Below, one piece after another: positions 9,555 through 18,336 of a stretch of DNA of 64,000 nucleotides; within the stretch, counting starts at the first letter, position 1; every line of letters starts with the position of its first letter. Source of the stretch: Pseudomonadales bacterium (lineage in GTDB: Bacteria > Pseudomonadota > Gammaproteobacteria > Pseudomonadales > Azotimanducaceae); assembly GCA_022822135.1 (NCBI GenBank), contig JAJECH010000062.1, forward strand, positions 18,498 to 82,497, in the 5' to 3' direction. Made by a program: the position numbers and the translations under genes. Below the pieces are notes generated by a model. The model was not told the DNA's origin and did no database searches. It worked only from the letters and a program-made list of their open reading frames with translations.

Positions 9555-10487
9555 TTGCAAATTGGATACGTGTTTCCCGGACAAGGTGCGCAAGCCGTCG
9601 GAATGCTCGCGGACTTGAGAGATGCTTTCGCTCATTTGGACGAGCGTTTGCATCAAGCGTCTAAGATCATCAACGAAGATTTAGTAGCGCTCGTAACGAA
9701 TGGACCCGAAGAGCGCCTTAACGACACTGAGATAACGCAGCCTGTAATGCTGGCGACATCTGTAGCGCTTTTCGAAATTTGGCGCGAAGCAGGTGGCGCG
9801 GCGCCGAGTGCAGTCGCGGGTCATAGTCTAGGTGAATACTCAGCGTTAACGGCTGCGGGTGTGTTTGAGTTTAGTGACGCCATCGCGCTCGTGCACGAAC
9901 GTGGCAAGCTCATGCAGGCTGCGGTTCCACGTGGGGAAGGTGCCATGGCGGCGGTACTCGGGCTTGAACTCGACGAACTAAGCGCTATATGCGACGGAGT
10001 CGATGGTGTGGTAACGCCAGCGAACATCAATTCACCGGGACAGGTCGTGATCGCGGGTGCCGCGGGATCCGTGCAGGCGGTCGTTGATCGTGTGTTGTCG
10101 GAAGGCGATAAACGTAAACGTGTTGTACCGTTAGATGTGAGCGTTCCATCACATTGTGAACTAATGAGACCAGCGGCGGAAGGTGTTGAGAGATTGTTAA
10201 CAGAAGTTACGATGAACGATCCGTCCTGCCCAGTTTTTCAAAACGTGGATGCGCAGGCAACGAATAGTGTGCCTGCTATCCGAGACCGTCTCATCCGGCA
10301 ATTAACCGCACCGGTACGTTGGGCTGATTGCGCGACCGCGATGGTGGCAAGTGGTTGTGAAACATTGATAGAGTGTGGTCCGGGCAAGGTCCTTACTGGA
10401 CTCGCCCGACGGATCGATCGTGCGATGAACTGTAAAGCCATCGGCAGTATTGATGACTTCAATACTGCGCTCGAGGCGGTGGCGTAA
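9555..10487 (+). CDS. fabD: Malonyl CoA-ACP transacylase
   Basis: FPGQGAQ and the active-site GHSLGEYSAL are present. The apparent start codon is TTG. Confidence 0.95.
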   Translation: MQIGYVFPGQGAQAVGMLADLRDAFAHLDERLHQASKIINEDLVALVTNGPEERLNDTEITQPVMLATSVALFEIWREAGGAAPSAVAGHSLGEYSALTAAGVFEFSDAIALVHERGKLMQAAVPRGEGAMAAVLGLELDELSAICDGVDGVVTPANINSPGQVVIAGAAGSVQAVVDRVLSEGDKRKRVVPLDVSVPSHCELMRPAAEGVERLLTEVTMNDPSCPVFQNVDAQATNSVPAIRDRLIRQLTAPVRWADCATAMVASGCETLIECGPGKVLTGLARRIDRAMNCKAIGSIDDFNTALEAVA

Positions 10488-11212
10488 TGGCTGATCGCGT
10501 CGCGCTTGTAACTGGCGCTAGTCGGGGGATCGGTGCTGCGATTGCTGCGCGATTGGCGTCCGAAGAAACGTTCGTCTTCGGTTCTGCCACATCGTCGGAT
10601 GGTGTCGCTCGCATTAGCGACGCGCTTGGGAAGAACGGCACCGGTATTGAATTGAGAATAGAAGAACCGGATTCGGTCTCGGCAGCATTCGATCGAATAA
10701 CGGAAGAACACACCGTATCGATCTTGGTGAACAACGCAGGTATCACGAACGACAACCTGTTTTTAAGAATGTCCGACGACGACTGGGCGGACGTGATCAA
10801 TACGAACTTGGTCTCTCTACATCGGTTGTGCAAACCCTTCTTGCGAAGCATGATGCGAGAGCGGTGGGGTCGAATCATCAACGTTGGTTCGGTGGTCGGT
10901 CGAATGGGTAATCCCGGTCAGGCAAACTACGCGGCGGCCAAAGCGGGTATCGAGGGATTTACGCGCAGCTTGGCGCAAGAGCTAGGGAGCAGAGGCATCA
11001 CTGTCAACTGCGTTGCGCCTGGGTTCATCGACACCGACATGACCGCCGAATTAGGCGAGAAAGTGACTGAGCAGTTGGTAACTCGCATTCCACTAGGTCG
11101 TGTTGGAACCCCGACCGAAGTTGCGGAGACGGTCGCGTTTCTAGCGGGTGAGGGCAGTTCATACATCACTGGGCAAACAATCGCCGTAAACGGTGGAATG
11201 TTGTCCTACTAG
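10487..11212 (+). CDS. fabG: 3-oxoacyl-ACP reductase FabG
   Basis: The SDR motifs VTGASRGIG, NNAG and YAAAKAG are present. The position between fabD and acpP fits. Confidence 0.95.
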   Translation: MADRVALVTGASRGIGAAIAARLASEETFVFGSATSSDGVARISDALGKNGTGIELRIEEPDSVSAAFDRITEEHTVSILVNNAGITNDNLFLRMSDDDWADVINTNLVSLHRLCKPFLRSMMRERWGRIINVGSVVGRMGNPGQANYAAAKAGIEGFTRSLAQELGSRGITVNCVAPGFIDTDMTAELGEKVTEQLVTRIPLGRVGTPTEVAETVAFLAGEGSSYITGQTIAVNGGMLSY

Positions 11213-11402
11213 AGATCGACTTGAGGATTACGGCGAAGTGGCATAGCCTTTCACTGTCGAATAGCGAATCTCACCTATAAAATATGCGTCTTAACGGACT
11301 GCGCGCGTTGCTCAGTCTTTTGTTCGCACGACGTTTGCCGTTCTACTGGTGTTTCTTAAACGAGCGTCGTACAAGTCCTTGGCTATGGAGTGAATTCAAC
11401 CC

Positions 11403-11645
11403 ATGAGTTCATTAATGGAACGCATCAAGAGCATTGTGGCTAAGCAGCTGAAAGTCGAAATCGACGAGATCAAGGACGAGTCTTCGCTCGAGGAAGATCT
11501 TGGCGCTGACTCGCTGGACCGCGTCGAACTCGTGATGGCATTCGAAGAGGAATTCCAGATCGAAATCGTCGATGAGGACGCAGAAAATATCACGACGGTT
11601 GCTGAAGCGCATAACTACATTAAGAGTGTCGTCGGCGACGAGTAG
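11403..11645 (+). CDS. acpP: Acyl carrier protein
   Basis: The phosphopantetheine attachment site [19 protein letters not shown] is present. Confidence 0.97.
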   Translation: MSSLMERIKSIVAKQLKVEIDEIKDESSLEEDLGADSLDRVELVMAFEEEFQIEIVDEDAENITTVAEAHNYIKSVVGDE

Positions 11646-11708
11646 AGCCATCTTCTACCCAACTCTTTACGCGTATTGATATATCGAATCCGGCTAGACG
11701 TTCAGTAA

Positions 11709-12941
11709 ATGAGTAGACGTCGCGTTGTGGTAACCGGCATTGGCCTGATTACGCCAATCGGTCTGGATACGGTAACGTCTTGGCAAAGTGCGCTCGATGG
11801 TGTAAGCGGTGGCAATCGGCTTGAGTCTTTCGATGCCAGTGGCCATCGTGTGCAGATTGGCGCAAGTCTTAAAGGCTTCGATGCTAGTCAATACATGGAT
11901 CCACGCGAAGCGCGTCGTCTTGATTTATTTCTGCAAATTGGAATGGCGGTCGTTGACCAAGCGGTAGCCGATGCGGGAATCGCTGACCCTCCGGACCCCG
12001 GTCGAATCGGTGTCGCAATGGGTTCTGGGATTGGCGGCATTACGACGATCGAAGATACACACTCCGTTCTTCTAGATCGTGGACCAAAACGTGTTTCACC
12101 ATTCTTTGTACCTTCTAGTGTCATCAACATGATTGCGGGTAACGCATCCATCAAACATGGTTTTCAAGGTCCGAATATCGCAATCGTCACCGCATGTACT
12201 ACCGGTACTCACAATATCGGCTACGGTGCGCGCATGATCCAGTATGGTGAGGCGGATGCCATGGTTGTTGGTGGATCCGAGTGGTCGACAACACCTTTGA
12301 CCGTAGCTGGATTTGCGTCGATGCGTGCATTGTCAACGCGTAACGATGAACCAGAAAAGGCCAGCCGACCATGGGATGTTGAGCGTGATGGTTTCTTGCT
12401 CGGCGACGGTGCTGGTGCATTAGTTATCGAGGAGTACGAGCACGCGAAGAAGCGTGGCGCGAACATCATTTGTGAAGTAAAAGGGTTTGGTGTAAGCGCG
12501 GACGCCTTTCACATAACGAGTCCGCCAGACAGCGGGCATGGTGCTGTTGCGGCGATGCAGAACGCTTTAGCCGACGCTGAACTTGCAGCCGAAGACGTGC
12601 AATATGTGAACGCTCATGGAACGTCGACGCCTCAGGGTGACATTGCGGAAACGGTGGCTATAAAGGTAGTTTTCGGCGCGGATACGGAAGTTGCGGTGAG
12701 TTCTTCAAAGTCAATGATCGGACATCTCTTGGGTGCAGCTGGAGCAGTCGAAGCAGGATTTTGTGCACTCTCGATCCGTGACCAGCGAATTCACCCGACG
12801 ATTAATCTCGATAATCCTGACCCCGCCTGCGATTTAGATTACGTGCCACATACTGCGCGAGACGCTCAACTTGATCATGTTCTCTCGAATTCATTTGGAT
12901 TCGGTGGTACAAATGGCAGTCTAATCTTCAGTCGAGTTTAG
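11709..12941 (+). CDS. fabF: 3-oxoacyl-ACP synthase II
   Basis: The KAS II features are present: the active-site Cys context VTACTTG, plus NAHGTSTP and SNSFGFGGTNG. Confidence 0.95.
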   Translation: MSRRRVVVTGIGLITPIGLDTVTSWQSALDGVSGGNRLESFDASGHRVQIGASLKGFDASQYMDPREARRLDLFLQIGMAVVDQAVADAGIADPPDPGRIGVAMGSGIGGITTIEDTHSVLLDRGPKRVSPFFVPSSVINMIAGNASIKHGFQGPNIAIVTACTTGTHNIGYGARMIQYGEADAMVVGGSEWSTTPLTVAGFASMRALSTRNDEPEKASRPWDVERDGFLLGDGAGALVIEEYEHAKKRGANIICEVKGFGVSADAFHITSPPDSGHGAVAAMQNALADAELAAEDVQYVNAHGTSTPQGDIAETVAIKVVFGADTEVAVSSSKSMIGHLLGAAGAVEAGFCALSIRDQRIHPTINLDNPDPACDLDYVPHTARDAQLDHVLSNSFGFGGTNGSLIFSRV

Positions 12942-12953
12942 TTTTTTCTAGTT

Positions 12954-13952
12954 ATGCGGTGGTTAGTCCTAACCGCAGTGATATTAGTACTGATAGTAGC
13001 CGGTGCTGTTTTCTATAGCCACCGATACGTAAATGACGCGTCACGATCATTAGATCAGCCCATTGATATATTGATTCAGCATGGTGATTCTTTAGCGGTC
13101 GTAGCAGATAAGCTCGAACAATCTGGAGTCATCGAACACGCATTGCCGTTCAAATGGCTTGCACGCTATGAGGAGAAAGATGGGAAGCTGCGAGCAGGTG
13201 AATACCGATTTGAAGGCGATGTGTCGCTAGTGGGCGTACTTCAAAAGCTAGTCGACGGATCGGTGGTCACATATGAAGTGCAACTGCGCGAAGGGGCGAG
13301 ACTCGAGGAATATCTCGTCTTACTTCGTAGCACCGAAAAGCTGGTGAACGATCTTTCCGGAGTCACCCCTGCAAACATCCTTGAACGATTACAGCTTAGG
13401 AGCAGTGCGACTCATGGAGAAGGGTTGTTCTACCCCGACACCTACCAATATCGTCGCGGAGAATCAGCGTCTTCTGTCTTGAAACAAGCGTTTGACCTGA
13501 TGAATCATGAATTGAGTCTCGCCTGGTTTTCAAGATCGGACGACATTTATGTGGATACAAAATATGAGATGCTGATCGTTGCGTCCATGATCGAGCGAGA
13601 GTCACATATTGCTGATGATCGTTCTCGTGTTTCTGGTGTCATCCATCGAAGATTGAAGAAGGACATGTACTTGCAGATTGATCCCACCGTGATTTATGCA
13701 GTTGGTGAGGATTTTCGTGGACGTCTCCGTACGAAAGATCTTCGCATCGACAGCCCATATAACACCTACCGTGTAAAAGGGTTACCACCGTCGCCGATCT
13801 GTGCATCGAGTCGAGAGGCGATCCGAGCCGCTGCGAACCCTGCGCCTGGAAAGGAGTTGTTCTTCGTTTCCCGAGGCGATGGAACGAGCCAATTCAGCGA
13901 AACGCTGAGCGAACATAATCAAGCTGTTGCGCGTTATATCCTCAATCGTTAA
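12954..13952 (+). CDS. mltG: Endolytic murein transglycosylase MltG (YceG)
   Basis: It has an N-terminal TM helix and YceG-like motifs (EGLFYPDTY, ASMIERE, SPYNTY). The position between fabF and tmk is conserved. Confidence 0.9.
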   Translation: MRWLVLTAVILVLIVAGAVFYSHRYVNDASRSLDQPIDILIQHGDSLAVVADKLEQSGVIEHALPFKWLARYEEKDGKLRAGEYRFEGDVSLVGVLQKLVDGSVVTYEVQLREGARLEEYLVLLRSTEKLVNDLSGVTPANILERLQLRSSATHGEGLFYPDTYQYRRGESASSVLKQAFDLMNHELSLAWFSRSDDIYVDTKYEMLIVASMIERESHIADDRSRVSGVIHRRLKKDMYLQIDPTVIYAVGEDFRGRLRTKDLRIDSPYNTYRVKGLPPSPICASSREAIRAAANPAPGKELFFVSRGDGTSQFSETLSEHNQAVARYILNR

Positions 13953-13991
13953 GGCAGATTGATGCGCCCATAAGATGGTTGAATTGAAAGT

Positions 13992-14636
13992 TTGAGCAAA
14001 AAGGAAAACGGGCGTTTTATCACCTTTGAAGGGGTAGAGGGCAGCGGCAAGAGCACGAACATCGCATGGGTTGAGGAGTTTCTGAGGTCTAAACGTATCG
14101 ACGTACTCTTGACACACGAGCCGGGGCGTACGAAGATCGGAGAAGAGTTGCGGGAGGTACTACTAAGGACTCGTGACGAACGCGTTATGCCGATGACCGA
14201 GTTGTTCTTAATGTTCGCATCACGCATGCAGCTCCTGCAGGAGGTCATCATCCCTGCGCTAGAACGAGGCACTTGGGTCTTGTGTGATCGATATGTCGAC
14301 TCATCCATCGCTTATCAAGGTGGAGGAAGGAGACTCGGTGTAGAGCGTGTAAAAAAACTCGTTCAAGCTATGGGTGAACTCTACGTGCAACCAGACCTAA
14401 CGGTTCTGCTCGACTTGCCGGCCGACATGATCCCAATGCGATTGGCAGATCGCACGCTCGATCGGTTTGAGAGCGAAGACAAATCGTTCTTTGAACGAAT
14501 AAGAAAAACATATCTAGACCTTGCGGCGTCGGAATCGCACGTGAGTGTTATCGATGCCACTCAACCGATCGAAGACGTACGTAACGAGATCGCCGGACTT
14601 TTACGTCCACTGCTGAGTGAATTAGCTGGTAGGTGA
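13992..14636 (+). CDS. tmk: Thymidylate kinase
   Basis: The P-loop FITFEGVEGSGKST and DRYVDSSIAYQG are present. The start codon is TTG. Confidence 0.93.
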   Translation: MSKKENGRFITFEGVEGSGKSTNIAWVEEFLRSKRIDVLLTHEPGRTKIGEELREVLLRTRDERVMPMTELFLMFASRMQLLQEVIIPALERGTWVLCDRYVDSSIAYQGGGRRLGVERVKKLVQAMGELYVQPDLTVLLDLPADMIPMRLADRTLDRFESEDKSFFERIRKTYLDLAASESHVSVIDATQPIEDVRNEIAGLLRPLLSELAGR

Positions 14637-15523
14637 ACTCGATGCCATTACCCCCGTGGTTGCAGACGGTGCAGGACGCATTCGAACGCAACATGGAAAC
14701 GGTACGTGTTCCACACGCCATTTTGCTTGATGCAGCACCAGGTTGGGGCGTGTTCGAACTCGCTGACCGGATGGCAGCGACCCTACTAGGGGTCGATTCA
14801 AACTTCGATTTGAGTCGACATCTCGACTATCTTCAGATTGAGCTCGAAGGGCGATCCAGCCTAATCTCGATCAATCAGATTCGGGATGCGATCGAGTTCC
14901 TGAGCACCACCTCACGAGCGGGCGACCGCAAACTCGTGCAAATTAAAGAAGCCGACAAGCTGAGCATTCCAGCGTCGCAAGCGCTGCTGAAGGTGCTGGA
15001 AGAACCTCCCGTAAATAAGCACCTGCTGTTGGTCACAACGAATAGTGCGGTTCTAATGTCGACAATCCGGAGCCGCTGCCAGAAACTCGTGGTTCAGAAC
15101 GGAACCACCGAGCAGGTCGCCGAGTTTTTGGATACACGTGAGATTGGCTCGACGGACGTAGCCGATTTCCTTCAAGATTACGGTGGCGCGCCGTATGCTG
15201 CACTCGAAGCGTTCGACGAGAAGCGGGTGAACTTGACAGAATCACTGACTCGATTTGCACGTCGGCATACCTCGCTCATCGAGCTGGCACGTGAACTGAG
15301 AAAAGAGGAGGCGGATGACATATTGCTCCGTTGGCAATACATCACGCTGCGCCTCGCTCGAAACAGCGCGATCGTTCGACCCGTCGCGACGTTCTATGAC
15401 GAATTGAGCGATGTACGTCGGCAGTTTCGTGAAGTACCGGGGCTCGACAAAGAACGCCAACTCATCCGGTTATTGATTAAGTGGCGCGAATTACTGATTA
15501 GGCATCAGCGCTTGCGGCGCTAA
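14633..15523 (+). CDS. holB: DNA polymerase III subunit delta'
   Basis: PWLQ...HAILLDAAPGWG and LLKVLEEPP are present. It follows tmk as in E. coli. The start could be GTG at 14633 or ATG at 14642. Confidence 0.85.
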   Translation: MNSMPLPPWLQTVQDAFERNMETVRVPHAILLDAAPGWGVFELADRMAATLLGVDSNFDLSRHLDYLQIELEGRSSLISINQIRDAIEFLSTTSRAGDRKLVQIKEADKLSIPASQALLKVLEEPPVNKHLLLVTTNSAVLMSTIRSRCQKLVVQNGTTEQVAEFLDTREIGSTDVADFLQDYGGAPYAALEAFDEKRVNLTESLTRFARRHTSLIELARELRKEEADDILLRWQYITLRLARNSAIVRPVATFYDELSDVRRQFREVPGLDKERQLIRLLIKWRELLIRHQRLRR

Positions 15524-16823
15524 ACGCATTCCGAGTTAGATTTATGGGACCGCTTGGGCCTACCAGGATGTTGTCTTCAACGCGCACGCCACCGTAACAT
15601 ATGAACCGATTGACCTTGCTCCAGTTTACGTCCTGGTGACCGTGCCATCCCGCTAACAGACTAGGAATAAAGTAGATACCGGGCTCTATCGTGAACACCA
15701 TGTTTGGTTCAATCTCGCGCATTAGCCGGAGGCTTTCATATCGACTGTGCGGCGGAACTTGATGACCATCTTTTTCCAAAATTAGGCCTCCAACATCATG
15801 CGTTTGAAGTCCGAGTAAGTGCCCTAATCCATGAGGGAAAAAGGCGTCAACCAACCTCGATTCATAGGCAGTTGTCGGACTGCATGTCACGAACTCGTGT
15901 TCTGAAAGGATTGCGGCGATTCTCTCACTCATTTCGTCATGCAAATCCAGATACGACTTCCCGAGTGTGATTTGTTTGATGATTCCCTGTTGAGCTTGAT
16001 CGACAGCATCTATCAGCTCCGCGAATTCGTCATTCGTGCTCGCCGCATAGGTTCGTGTTATGTCCGAGTGATAGCAATGGACCTTAGCTCCTGCGTCGAT
16101 GAGAAGACTGTGAATTTCCGCAGCCGGTTCTCGATCGTACTTCTGGTAATGCAATGTCGCTGCGTGTGTGTTCATTGCAACGATGCTGGGATAGGGGAGT
16201 TCGGCTTCGTGTTGTGAACTTGCGCGAAGGTAGGCGAGATGAATCTCGTATTCGCTTCCGCCGTCGGCGAATGCTTGAGCCGCAGCATGGTGACCCAAGA
16301 CGCCACGAGACGTTGCTTCCTTAATGCATAGCTGTTCGAATTCGGTCTTGAATGCTCGTTGGTAGTCGAGCTGTCGAAGTAATCTTTCGGCTGGACCGGG
16401 ATCTGAATTCGTTTCGCTTGAAGTGGTTACGTTCCCAAGATGCGCAACGTTAGATTTGGATCGCGTTTGTTGATGCAACGCGTGCTGGAGATCGTCTAGC
16501 TCCGCGAATGTCTGGACGATAAATACTTCGTTACAGAATTCGGGTGCGTCGCTTGGTAAGTACCAGTAGTCGGAAGGGGCATACCACAGCAGCACCGGTT
16601 GTGAGTCCAACGAAATCAGGAGAGCGGCGTGTTCGCAATCGCTCTGCGGAACCCATCGCAGAAAATGACCAAACGCATGAAACGGCGGTTCTTGGTCGTC
16701 GGCGTAGTACGTTTGATTTGCGCCCGCGTAGACGACAACCGCATCAAATCCGTTCTCGCGCATCAACTGACGCCATTCCGCCTTGAGCTGATCAATGTGT
16801 GCGATATACGCTTCTAGGTGCAT
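15498..16823 (-). CDS. pepQ: Xaa-Pro dipeptidase (M24B family, PepQ-like)
   Basis: The M24 metal-ligand contexts are present (DAGAKVHCYHSDITRT, HGLGHLLGLQTHD, FTIEPGIYF, GGVRVEDN). The size is 441 aa. Confidence 0.85.
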   Translation of the reverse strand: MHLEAYIAHIDQLKAEWRQLMRENGFDAVVVYAGANQTYYADDQEPPFHAFGHFLRWVPQSDCEHAALLISLDSQPVLLWYAPSDYWYLPSDAPEFCNEVFIVQTFAELDDLQHALHQQTRSKSNVAHLGNVTTSSETNSDPGPAERLLRQLDYQRAFKTEFEQLCIKEATSRGVLGHHAAAQAFADGGSEYEIHLAYLRASSQHEAELPYPSIVAMNTHAATLHYQKYDREPAAEIHSLLIDAGAKVHCYHSDITRTYAASTNDEFAELIDAVDQAQQGIIKQITLGKSYLDLHDEMSERIAAILSEHEFVTCSPTTAYESRLVDAFFPHGLGHLLGLQTHDVGGLILEKDGHQVPPHSRYESLRLMREIEPNMVFTIEPGIYFIPSLLAGWHGHQDVNWSKVNRFICYGGVRVEDNILVGPSGPINLTRNAFSAASADA

Positions 16824-16939
16824 GGCATCTTAGATTGAGATGAGTTCGGTTGAGTCTCGATGAACAGCGATTGTTAATAACAAGTCTGCACCCGAATGGT
16901 ATAAATTCCCGCACAAATTTCTAGCAAAAGGGGCATTTC

Positions 16940-17815
16940 ATGGGCGACTATGCGTATGCTGCGCCCGCTACTGTGGACAGCACAGTTGAGTTGCTGTCGA
17001 GCAGCGCAAATAGCGGGACGCGTACTCAAGTCTTGGCCGGAGGTACGGACGTTCTTGTGCAGATGCGTTCGACCGATCGCGGAGCACGTCTGATTGTTGA
17101 TATCAAACAGTTGGCAGAGACGAACGTGCTCTCAGTTGGTGAGGATGAAATATACATAGGGGCTGCAATCCCGTCGGCGATCTTGAATGAAAACGCCGAG
17201 TTGAAAGGCTTGTTACCAGGTCTTATTGAATCTGCGGATCTGATAGGCTCAACGCAGATACAGGGTCGAGCTTCGATCGGTGGCAACCTATGCAATTCTT
17301 CGCCAGCGGGCGATACGATTCCGGCACTCATTGCAAATAGTGCAGTGTGCCACATCGTTGGTGCTGACGGCGAGCGGGATGTCCCTGTAGAGGATTTCGT
17401 AACTGGCGTTGGAACCAATTGCATGGCGCCTCATGAGTTTCTGCTTGGTTTGCGCGTACCTACGCCGAAAGGTAATACAGGTGATGCGTACCTCCGTTTC
17501 ATTCCGCGGACTGAAATGGACATTGCCGTTGCTGGCGCGGGCGTACGTTTGACGCTTGATGACAGTGGCGCGTGCACCGCTGCGAGAGTTGGGATCGGTG
17601 CGGTTGCCCCGACGGCATTGGTGGTCTCAGAAGCGGCAGATGCACTGATCGGCACGCAAGTGGATGACGATGCGCTCAATGCGGCGGCGGACGCGTGTTC
17701 AGCAGCTGCATCACCCATCTCGGACAAACGCGGAACAGTTGAGTACCGGATCAAAGTGGTTGGGGTACTGTGTAAACGGGCAGGCGCGATCGCGCGTGAC
17801 CGGGCTAAGGCGTAA
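16940..17815 (+). CDS. Xanthine dehydrogenase family, FAD-binding (medium) subunit
   Basis: A CoxM/XdhB-like FAD-binding domain is present (LAGGTDVLVQMR, GNLCNSSPAGD). It is the first gene of a medium-small-large subunit operon. Confidence 0.9.
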   Translation: MGDYAYAAPATVDSTVELLSSSANSGTRTQVLAGGTDVLVQMRSTDRGARLIVDIKQLAETNVLSVGEDEIYIGAAIPSAILNENAELKGLLPGLIESADLIGSTQIQGRASIGGNLCNSSPAGDTIPALIANSAVCHIVGADGERDVPVEDFVTGVGTNCMAPHEFLLGLRVPTPKGNTGDAYLRFIPRTEMDIAVAGAGVRLTLDDSGACTAARVGIGAVAPTALVVSEAADALIGTQVDDDALNAAADACSAAASPISDKRGTVEYRIKVVGVLCKRAGAIARDRAKA

Positions 17816-17840
17816 TAGAGTAGGACCGGGGGAAACAGAA

Positions 17841-18320
17841 ATGGCAAAAGTACATGTATCAACCACCGTCAATGGGCAACCCATGGACGTGTTGGTTGAA
17901 CCGAATGATTCGTTGCTCGACACCTTGCGCGATGGCTTGGGATTAACGGGCACAAAAGAAGGCTGTGCGACAGGTGACTGTGGCGCGTGTTCTGTGATGC
18001 TGGACGGAAGGCTGGTATGCTCGTGCCTCGTGTTGGGCGCAGAAGCGGAAGGCAAGACAATTGACACAATCGAGGGCGTCGCAGACGGTGACGGCCTACA
18101 TGTCATTCAGCAGAAATTCCTAGAGCATGCCGCATTGCAATGTGGCATTTGCACACCAGGATTCATCGTCGCGGCGAAAGCGCTTTTGGAAAAGAACCCA
18201 AATCCGGACGAAACGACGATTCGATATTGGCTAGCGGGTAATCTATGTCGATGCACGGGATATGACAAGATCGTGCGTGCAGTACAAGATGCCGCTGACG
18301 AATTAGCTTCACCTGCCTAG
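17841..18320 (+). CDS. Xanthine dehydrogenase family, [2Fe-2S] (small) subunit
   Basis: Both cluster motifs are present: CATGDCGACSV and CGICTPGF...CRCTGY. The true ATG is at 17841 (MAKVHVSTTVNGQP). The tracked ORF from 17664 is an upstream extension overlapping the previous gene. Confidence 0.92.
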   Translation: MAKVHVSTTVNGQPMDVLVEPNDSLLDTLRDGLGLTGTKEGCATGDCGACSVMLDGRLVCSCLVLGAEAEGKTIDTIEGVADGDGLHVIQQKFLEHAALQCGICTPGFIVAAKALLEKNPNPDETTIRYWLAGNLCRCTGYDKIVRAVQDAADELASPA

Positions 18321-18336
18321 TCGAAGGAGATATACG

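Noticed and set aside
8524-13992. fabH is absent between plsX and fabD, pabC is absent between fabF and mltG, and lepB is absent after lepA.
   Set aside because: Loss or relocation of fabH and pabC from this cluster is common among gammaproteobacteria and is not noteworthy on its own. The missing lepB is discussed under the tandem rnc finding.
17664-17840. An upstream extension of the [2Fe-2S] subunit ORF gives the 218-aa version.
   Set aside because: It overlaps the 3' end of the FAD subunit gene in another frame and is Arg-rich nonsense. The canonical N-terminus MAKVHVSTTVNGQP begins at 17841.
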